This document shows, piece by piece, positions 35,869-42,937 of a DNA stretch of 64,000 nt (its first letter is position 1; every line of letters begins with the position of its first letter). Under the pieces are notes generated by a model. It did not search any database. It was not told where the DNA came from and saw only the letters and a program-made list of their open reading frames with translations. Origin of the DNA: Odoribacter sp. UBA944 (GTDB lineage Bacteria > Bacteroidota > Bacteroidia > Bacteroidales > Marinifilaceae); the NCBI GenBank assembly GCA_002293375.1, contig DBDA01000021.1:26305-90304 (forward strand), read 5' to 3'. Both the position numbers and the translations under genes were made by a program.

Positions 35869-38800
35869 ATGGGAACCATTCGACAGTATTTGTTGTTTTT
35901 GTTGCTTTTTGTTCCTTTTTGGGCAGATGGCAATAATGTTCGTGTGGTGGGTGTTGTTCGAGCCCCTGCGGATTTGCTTTCCGGCGGTGTAGCGACGATC
36001 CAGCTTACTTTGGAATGGGAGAATTCGTGGCGCGATGATTATAATCACGATGCGATCTATCTTTCTCTTCGCTACAAGGTATTGAGTGAATCGACGGTAG
36101 AGTGGCGTCCTGTTTATTTGCAGGACGGCGGTCACAGTGCTACGAACGGTTATGTCTATACGCTTTCTCCGGGCAGTGTATCCGGGCGTAACGCGGGTAT
36201 TTTCATTTATGCGGGGAGCGCCCGAACGGGAACCGCCCGAACCGCCGTTTCTTTGAAGTGGGATTATGGTACGACGACCGATCTGGAGGCGTTTCAGTTC
36301 GCTTCCTCCGATGTCGTGATCGCCTGTACGGGGATCGAGATGGTCTATATTCCCCGTGGCGCCTATTCTTTGGGCGATTATGCGAATACGCAGGACTCTT
36401 CTCAGTGGAATTTCCGCCAACGTGATTTTTACATTCCGGATTCTCTGAATTTGGTCAGTACGCAGTATGTGATCATGTCTCCGGAGTCTGTGGCGAGCAA
36501 TCCTCCCCATCTTGCGGCCAACCGTATCAACGATATCTCCGGTGTCGGCAGTGACGGGAGTATTACGAATGCCTGGATCGCCAACTCTACGGAGGCGACC
36601 CTTTTGTGGACGATCGATTTTGGCCGGCTGATCGGTCCCTCCGGCGACACGACAGAACTTCCTCCCGCCTCCTCTATTCGTCGGGTGGAGTACATCTCTT
36701 TGGAATCCCTTCCCGGTTACGCTCCTGCTGAATGGAGCTTTTGGGGTAATCGGGACAATCCCCTCACGGGCAGTTCCCCCTGGGAGGAGCTTTATCGCGG
36801 AACTTCTTCGGATTGGAATACGAGCCTTGAGCGTGTCTATCCCGGTCAGAAGCTGGTCCGTCTTCCGGCTCCCCGTAACTTTCGGGCGTACCGTATCATC
36901 GTCAATCGGGATCAAATGCCTGCGGGGCGCTCTCCTGTCCTGAAGACGGTCGCGATGGCTGACACTGCGCTCAGCCGGATTTTTGACCATACTTTTGTTG
37001 TAGATACAGTGGTTACCCGCATCGGTGGCGTTTACGGCCTTTTTTCCAATGACGGCGAGGTTAGCTGGAATACTTCCAGCACCCTTCCTTCGACCTATCC
37101 GAACGGTTACAACGCTTTCTATGTTATGAAGTACGAAATGTCCCAGGATCAGTATCGTGGTTTTTTGGGTATGCTTACCCCTTCGCAACAGCAACAGCGT
37201 ACTCTTGGCGCCTCTCTCGACGCCCTGGATCCTTTGGATAACCGGTATGTTTTCGGCAGCGACCCTACGCAGCCCAATTTCCGCAACGGTATCGTTGTGT
37301 CTTCCCGCAGTGATCAGGGCGATACCGTGGCTTTTGCCTGTGATCTTAATCGTGAGAACGGTGTTGCCGCGGATGGTGACGGCCAGGCTCTCGCTTGCAA
37401 TTACCTCACCCCGTTAGACATGCTTTCTTACGCAGCTTGGGTGGGTCTTCGTCCTTTGAGCGAATTGGAATACGAACGGATCTCCCGTGCGCCTTATCCT
37501 TACGTTCCTTCTGTGCGCGAGTGCGCCTGGGGAGGTGTTGACGCCATTCCTCCTTCGGGGTTGATGGACGGCGGTAAGATCAACGAACGCTTTTCGACGG
37601 GTAACATCAATTTTAACAAACGTCTTCCGGGCCCTTCCCGGGTGGGGATCTTTGCTTTGGAGGGTAATAGCCAATCGGCTTCCGGATCAAGTTTCTGGGG
37701 TGTGCATGATCTCAGCGGTAACCTGAGTGAACTGTATTACAACGTTAGTTCCACAGGGCGTACCTTCAATGCCACACGTCATGGCAACAGCGTTCACGAG
37801 TCCCTCAGTACGCTTGATGTTTGGGGGTGGGACACAACCTCCTCCTCTTTCGGTCTTCGGGGAGGTAACTTCCTGAGTACGATGGATATTGAGTTGGCAG
37901 TATCCGACCGCCGGAATGCTGTTCGGCACATCCGCAAGAACGACTTCCGGGATTCTACGGTGAGTTTCCGTCTTGGACGCAGTGTTCCGGAAGGCCCCAA
38001 ACTTTCGAGTATTCTTACGCTTGAGAATGGTCGTACAACCTCTTCCGGCAGCGTATCCGACACGGTATGTGACGGTTCCGATTACCACATCGTCGGTAAC
38101 AGCCCTCCCGGCACTTATGCGCTTTATTTCCTTTGGTACCGCAGCGAGAATTTGGGTAAGACCTGGGATTTGGTACGGGGTGAAAACGGCAGCGACCTTT
38201 TCTTGGAGGGGTTGACGAACCGCGGTATGCGGGCAGGTGTTTTGCATGAATACTGGTTTAAGCGTAAGGCTATTCGCGACAACAGCGATGGGGTGAGTTC
38301 TGTCGTAAAGATCGTTGTCGCAAATCCGTCTTATACCGTGAGCCGTCTTCGGGATACGATCGACGGTTACGGGAAGGGTGCGGGTATAACGGTAATAACG
38401 CGTTACCCGACTCAGTTTGAGTGGCGTTATTTGGCTACCGGGGCTGTTCTTCCGTCGACGAACAGCAGCACGCAGAGTTATTACCTTCCGGATCGGGCTC
38501 ACCTTTCCGATGGAACGGGTAAGCCCATGCACGGGAAGCGTACGGTGATGGTTACGATGCGGATCGCAGATGCTTGTGAGCGCAGTGAGATTATCGAGGT
38601 GGATGTGATCAATACGATGGACAAGGATATCATGAAGGTGAAGGATTATGGCGGTTACCGCGGTTGGGGCGAGGGTACGTATGCCCCGAGTTGTGAGGGT
38701 TACCGGCGGCCAACGGGTGGTTATGAGTACCGGGGGGATATCGGCAGCGGGATCTACCGGATCGATCCGGACGGAAGGCACGGTCCTTTACGACCGTTCG

Positions 38801-39246
38801 ACATTGAGTGTGACATGACTACAGACGGCGGAGGATGGTCGATTCTTCGTACGAATACGCCGAGAACACGACGTAGGGGATATGAAGGAGGCGGTCATGT
38901 GATTTTCTCGCATCTGCCTTACTCTGCAGTCGGGGTTGTCACAACGGAAGCACAGATTGTCGGTTTACGAGCGGTTTCGACATCTGGTTACCAATATGTA
39001 AAAAAAGAGTGTTTACACTGTGCAATGAGTTCCAGTTTGTGGTATACATACGGTTCTGGAGGTAGTATCTCTTATACGAATTGGCCGAATTATGCGAATT
39101 GCAGTCCCAATGACCAAGTTTGGCGGGAAGCATCCGGGAATATAACGAATGTAAACTATATCCCGGTCAGACAATTTACAGGGGATGATACGGGTGACAG
39201 TGTCGAAGATGCATATTATACTTTTGGAGACGTGTATTTCCGGTGA
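35869..39246 (+). CDS. GldJ-fold scaffold paralogue A, fibrinogen-like C-terminal head
   Basis: 1125-1126 aa (GTG at 35866 or ATG at 35869) with an SPI-type signal peptide. N-module 'NNVRVVGVVRA...LEWENSWRDDYNHDAIYLSLRYKV'. The FGE-sulfatase fold opens with 'GIEMVYIPRGAYSLGD' and resumes at 'FYVMKYEMSQDQY' ... 'LRPLSELEYERISR' ... 'FWGVHDLSGNLSELY' ... 'VSFRLGR'. The nested insert is 'NAWIAN...LWTIDFG...VEYISLES...EWSFWGN...FRAYRIIV'. The head carries 'SGIYRIDPDG...PFDIECDMTTDGGGWSILR'. Confidence 0.8.
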   Translation: MGTIRQYLLFLLLFVPFWADGNNVRVVGVVRAPADLLSGGVATIQLTLEWENSWRDDYNHDAIYLSLRYKVLSESTVEWRPVYLQDGGHSATNGYVYTLSPGSVSGRNAGIFIYAGSARTGTARTAVSLKWDYGTTTDLEAFQFASSDVVIACTGIEMVYIPRGAYSLGDYANTQDSSQWNFRQRDFYIPDSLNLVSTQYVIMSPESVASNPPHLAANRINDISGVGSDGSITNAWIANSTEATLLWTIDFGRLIGPSGDTTELPPASSIRRVEYISLESLPGYAPAEWSFWGNRDNPLTGSSPWEELYRGTSSDWNTSLERVYPGQKLVRLPAPRNFRAYRIIVNRDQMPAGRSPVLKTVAMADTALSRIFDHTFVVDTVVTRIGGVYGLFSNDGEVSWNTSSTLPSTYPNGYNAFYVMKYEMSQDQYRGFLGMLTPSQQQQRTLGASLDALDPLDNRYVFGSDPTQPNFRNGIVVSSRSDQGDTVAFACDLNRENGVAADGDGQALACNYLTPLDMLSYAAWVGLRPLSELEYERISRAPYPYVPSVRECAWGGVDAIPPSGLMDGGKINERFSTGNINFNKRLPGPSRVGIFALEGNSQSASGSSFWGVHDLSGNLSELYYNVSSTGRTFNATRHGNSVHESLSTLDVWGWDTTSSSFGLRGGNFLSTMDIELAVSDRRNAVRHIRKNDFRDSTVSFRLGRSVPEGPKLSSILTLENGRTTSSGSVSDTVCDGSDYHIVGNSPPGTYALYFLWYRSENLGKTWDLVRGENGSDLFLEGLTNRGMRAGVLHEYWFKRKAIRDNSDGVSSVVKIVVANPSYTVSRLRDTIDGYGKGAGITVITRYPTQFEWRYLATGAVLPSTNSSTQSYYLPDRAHLSDGTGKPMHGKRTVMVTMRIADACERSEIIEVDVINTMDKDIMKVKDYGGYRGWGEGTYAPSCEGYRRPTGGYEYRGDIGSGIYRIDPDGRHGPLRPFDIECDMTTDGGGWSILRTNTPRTRRRGYEGGGHVIFSHLPYSAVGVVTTEAQIVGLRAVSTSGYQYVKKECLHCAMSSSLWYTYGSGGSISYTNWPNYANCSPNDQVWREASGNITNVNYIPVRQFTGDDTGDSVEDAYYTFGDVYFR

Positions 39247-39310
39247 TCGTACCTGTACGGATGATTTGGTCGCCGTGATATAAAGGAATGTTGGACAGTC
39301 CCGTAAAGAT

Positions 39311-42300
39311 ATGAACCGTTTTTTATTAGTTGTTTTGTTATCTGTTTCGGGAAAGGTACTTTTTGGCGACAATTTGCATTTCTCGGAGGTCCGTGTAGTT
39401 TCCGCGTCGGATACGGAGGCTGCGTTGGAGTTTGTTGTTTCCTGGAACAACTCCTGGCGAACGGCTTCCAATTTGGATGCGGTTTATCTGTTCGGGAAGT
39501 ACAAGTTCTCCGACTCTTCGGATTGGCACCATCTTTATTTTACAACAATTGCTGCCGACCACACTTCGGATGCCGCTACGGAACAGCTTCCTGTTAACGG
39601 TGGTCGTGGTCTTTTTGTTCGCCGTTCTGCCAGTGGCCGCGGTTCTGTACAGGCAACTCTTCAATTGAAGGTGAACCTGCTGGGGAATGTTTTGCTTCCG
39701 CTTACGGCCTCTGCCATCACTTCCGGCGATCTCCTTTTTTCGATTCAGGGGATTGAAATGGTGCTGATCCCTGCGGCTTCTTTTTACGCGGGCGATCAAG
39801 AGGCCTCCGGCGCTTTTTCCAATGCTGCCTTTGGAACGATCCTGCCGGAATATGATCTGATCCGTATAGATTCGGGTTATGTTTACTCTTCCAACGGCTC
39901 TGAGAGTATGAATGCTTCTCGTGTTGCCAACCGCCACAAACAGGGAGTCTACGACGCCTCCGCCCGTTTAGATTGGTGTGGGACGGCCATTCCGGCTATG
40001 TGGCAGGTGGATTTTAAGACGGCTAAAAAGATCCTTTATTTTGGTGTTTCCGGTGTTTCGGGTTTGAGTTGGGGCGGTTTTCCTCCGGCACCTGCGGGGG
40101 ATTGGTTTCTGGAGGGTTCCAATGATAACTCCGTTTGGATGGAGTTGTGGCGAGGTGATCCAACGTATTGGGGGCAGTCGGCGGTATCTTATCCGGTTCA
40201 GGCGATTCGAGTGAGTACCCCGGGCAGTTACCGGTATTACCGGATCCGCGTTACAGACAACCAGTGTTCTGCTTTGTGGAATAACATCCGCATCAATAAT
40301 GTGGGGATGACGGAGAACGATCTTTCGAAAATCTCCGGCGATGCTTTCCCTGTCCGGATCGCGAATGAAAATACCATTCTTCCCACATACTACCCGTCCG
40401 GTTTTCACGGTTTTTATGCGATGAAATACGAGTTGAGCCAAGAACAGTATGTCAATTTTCTGAATATGCTTCCGCGTTCGGCACAATACGAGCGTACGAT
40501 GGGCGGTTTGCTGGACGGTTTGGAAGAAGGAGAGTATATTTTCGGCGACCGGCGGGATGCACCCTCTTTCCGCAACGGGATCATTTTGAAACAGAAATAT
40601 CCGAATACCGGATTGCCGTATGTTTTTGCCCATGACCTTACCGGGACGGATTTAGATAATTCCGGGACGGACGGTCAGACGGTGGCCTGCAATTACCTTT
40701 CTCCGTCCGATATGTTGGCTTATGCGGAGTGGAGCGGGCTGCGGCCTTTGAGTGAATTGGAGTACGAAAAGATGTGCCGGGGAGCTTTTCCGGAGGTGCC
40801 GAAGGGCGGATCCTTTGCTTGGGAGTGGAGTGAAGTAGAACCGTTAACGGATGTGGTCCGTTTGGGTGAACCGGAAGAGGCGCTTTTACCCGGTAGCACG
40901 GCAAATGCTAATCTTGACGGCGGATCCAACACCGTCGGCGCTCCTGTTCGTGTGGGGCTTTTTACCCGTCCGGGGGAGCGAAAACAGGCGGGGCTTTCTT
41001 ATTGGGGCGTTTCTGACCTGACGGGCAATTTGAGCGAGATATACTGCAATACCGGCGTGTATGGACGGCAGCAGAATCGTGCGGTACACGGCGGCGGGCG
41101 ATTGGATGCAGACGGCAGACACGTTGTTCCCGGTACCGATTGGCCCCGTGAAAAAGATGCATACGGTGTTCGCGGAAGCGACTATGCGACTCCGGTAAGC
41201 GAGGCCTCTGCTTTTGAGCGCCGCCGTGCCGAAGGTTATTTTACAGGTATGGCCGAACGCTTGCCCATAACCGGTGTCCGTTTGGGTTTTTCGACAGAAC
41301 CGGTTCGTATGGTTGCGCACTTAACGTTGGAGAATGGTTTGCGTTCTTCTTCCGCTTTGGTATACGATACGGTTTGCGCTTCGCTTGCCTACTGCATAAA
41401 GGGAGAGAGGATCGGTGCTCCGGAGGCTTCTGTCAAGTACCTTTGGTATGAGAGCACGGACGACGGCGTTTCCTGGCAATTATTGACGGAAGCAGGGTGT
41501 GATCTCATCCTCCGGAACCTGACGGATCGTGTTCCGGAGAATACAGTTCGCTGTTTCCGGTACAAACGGATCGGTGTGGCGTTTGAAGAGATGTCTGAAA
41601 CGGGAACGGTTTGTTTGGTTGTGGCGCATGGTTATACTGTTAATCGTTTTTCCGACACCATTCGCCCTTGCATGCTTTCTAACGAATTTCAAATTACGAC
41701 GCCCCTGCTCTCTACATTTGAATGGCGGTGCGTGGAGAGTGGAAAACGATTGGCTTCTTCTACGTCCCTTGTTTCTTCGTACGCGATTCAGATGGACGAT
41801 TTGAAAACCGATCCGACGGAATTTCCCAGCGGTAATTATAGTGTTCATGTTAACATCCTCATGGCCGATAAGTGTGTCAGCGACCTTTCTTTGCGGATTG
41901 ATGTTATTCCTGAGACTGTTTCTCCTTTTAAAAGTTCGGCTGATGTATCCTATGTGTATGGAACCAATACATTGGAACTGAATGATAATTGGGGTGGTCC
42001 GGATCGGCAGCAATGGAGTATTGTGGGCGGGAATTATGGAGATCTGTCTGTGAGTGCAGTTGGTGTTTTAAGCGGGATTGCTACTACTTTTCTGCGGGTG
42101 GAAGTAGAAGCTGTTTGCCGGGATTTTCCGGATCGGGTATACCGGAAAAGATGGTTAGAGACGCTCCGAAGCCTTTCTTATACGGGAGGTGTACAGCAGA
42201 TGGCGCTTCCCGGCGGCACTTTCCAACTGGAGTGTTGGGGGGCGCAAGGAGGAACTATGGAATCCGGCTGGACCGGCATAGGCGGATACGGGGGATATAC

Positions 42301-42931
42301 TAAGGGAAAATTGACGTTGGAAGCATGGCGGATGTTTTATGTGTATGTAGGCGGATCGGGACAGGGCTACAATTCAGGGCGCTCCACGCATGCGGGTGGT
42401 TGGAACGGTGGAGCTGCCTGTTATGGCGGCGCTTCCGGCGGGGGTGGCGCTACGGATATTCGAGTGACGGGCGGGGCGTGGAATGATGTTGCCTCGCTTC
42501 GCAGCCGGATCATGGTGGCTGGTGGCGGGGGCGGTTCCAATGACAATCAAAACGGTGGAGCGGGTGGTGGTTTAACCGGCGGTATCGGCGCCTGTTCCAG
42601 CGGATCCGCTGCTTCCGGTGGCACTCAGACCAGCGGTGGAACCGGGTGGGTAAACGGATCGTTTGGAACCGGCGGTGGTTCTCCCAACAATTACAGCGAT
42701 GGCGGGGCTGGCGGCGGTGGGTATTACGGCGGCGGAAAATCCAGCGGGAGCTCTTGTGCAGGAGCAGGCGGTTCCTCTTTTGTCAGCAATTATGCAGGGT
42801 GTAATGCGGTAAATGCTTCCGGAGTACACACCGGACAATCCGGGCATTTCAGCGGGTTGCTCTTTTCCGAAACGGGTATAACGGCCGGGCAGCGAACCGG
42901 CAACGGAATGATGAGAATAACATATCAGTAA
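39311..42931 (+). CDS. GldJ-fold scaffold paralogue B, glycine-rich C-terminal head
   Basis: 1206 aa with a signal peptide. N-module 'DNLHFSEVRVVSASD...VSWNNSWRTASNLDAVYLFGKYKF'. Split FGE fold ('GIEMVLIPAASFYAGD' ... 'FYAMKYELSQEQY' ... 'GLRPLSELEYEKM' ... 'YWGVSDLTGNLSEIY' ... 'GVRLGFS') with the insert 'WQVDFKTAKKILYFGVSGV...WFLEGSNDNSVW...YRYYRIRV'. The C-terminus is 'CWGAQGG...GGYGGYTKG...VYVGGSGQGY...GGGGATDIRV...RIMVAGGGGGS...'. Confidence 0.8.
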   Translation: MNRFLLVVLLSVSGKVLFGDNLHFSEVRVVSASDTEAALEFVVSWNNSWRTASNLDAVYLFGKYKFSDSSDWHHLYFTTIAADHTSDAATEQLPVNGGRGLFVRRSASGRGSVQATLQLKVNLLGNVLLPLTASAITSGDLLFSIQGIEMVLIPAASFYAGDQEASGAFSNAAFGTILPEYDLIRIDSGYVYSSNGSESMNASRVANRHKQGVYDASARLDWCGTAIPAMWQVDFKTAKKILYFGVSGVSGLSWGGFPPAPAGDWFLEGSNDNSVWMELWRGDPTYWGQSAVSYPVQAIRVSTPGSYRYYRIRVTDNQCSALWNNIRINNVGMTENDLSKISGDAFPVRIANENTILPTYYPSGFHGFYAMKYELSQEQYVNFLNMLPRSAQYERTMGGLLDGLEEGEYIFGDRRDAPSFRNGIILKQKYPNTGLPYVFAHDLTGTDLDNSGTDGQTVACNYLSPSDMLAYAEWSGLRPLSELEYEKMCRGAFPEVPKGGSFAWEWSEVEPLTDVVRLGEPEEALLPGSTANANLDGGSNTVGAPVRVGLFTRPGERKQAGLSYWGVSDLTGNLSEIYCNTGVYGRQQNRAVHGGGRLDADGRHVVPGTDWPREKDAYGVRGSDYATPVSEASAFERRRAEGYFTGMAERLPITGVRLGFSTEPVRMVAHLTLENGLRSSSALVYDTVCASLAYCIKGERIGAPEASVKYLWYESTDDGVSWQLLTEAGCDLILRNLTDRVPENTVRCFRYKRIGVAFEEMSETGTVCLVVAHGYTVNRFSDTIRPCMLSNEFQITTPLLSTFEWRCVESGKRLASSTSLVSSYAIQMDDLKTDPTEFPSGNYSVHVNILMADKCVSDLSLRIDVIPETVSPFKSSADVSYVYGTNTLELNDNWGGPDRQQWSIVGGNYGDLSVSAVGVLSGIATTFLRVEVEAVCRDFPDRVYRKRWLETLRSLSYTGGVQQMALPGGTFQLECWGAQGGTMESGWTGIGGYGGYTKGKLTLEAWRMFYVYVGGSGQGYNSGRSTHAGGWNGGAACYGGASGGGGATDIRVTGGAWNDVASLRSRIMVAGGGGGSNDNQNGGAGGGLTGGIGACSSGSAASGGTQTSGGTGWVNGSFGTGGGSPNNYSDGGAGGGGYYGGGKSSGSSCAGAGGSSFVSNYAGCNAVNASGVHTGQSGHFSGLLFSETGITAGQRTGNGMMRITYQ

Positions 42932-42937
42932 TGTGTA

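Noticed and set aside
36331-37980. Catalytic formylglycine-generating (sulfatase-maturing) activity for the FGE-fold domains.
   Set aside because: By analogy with GldJ/GldK/PorK, which use the fold structurally, and given the secreted, multi-domain and paralogous context, an enzymatic role is unlikely. I could not identify the paired catalytic cysteines by eye, so the domains are called structural or lectin-like only.
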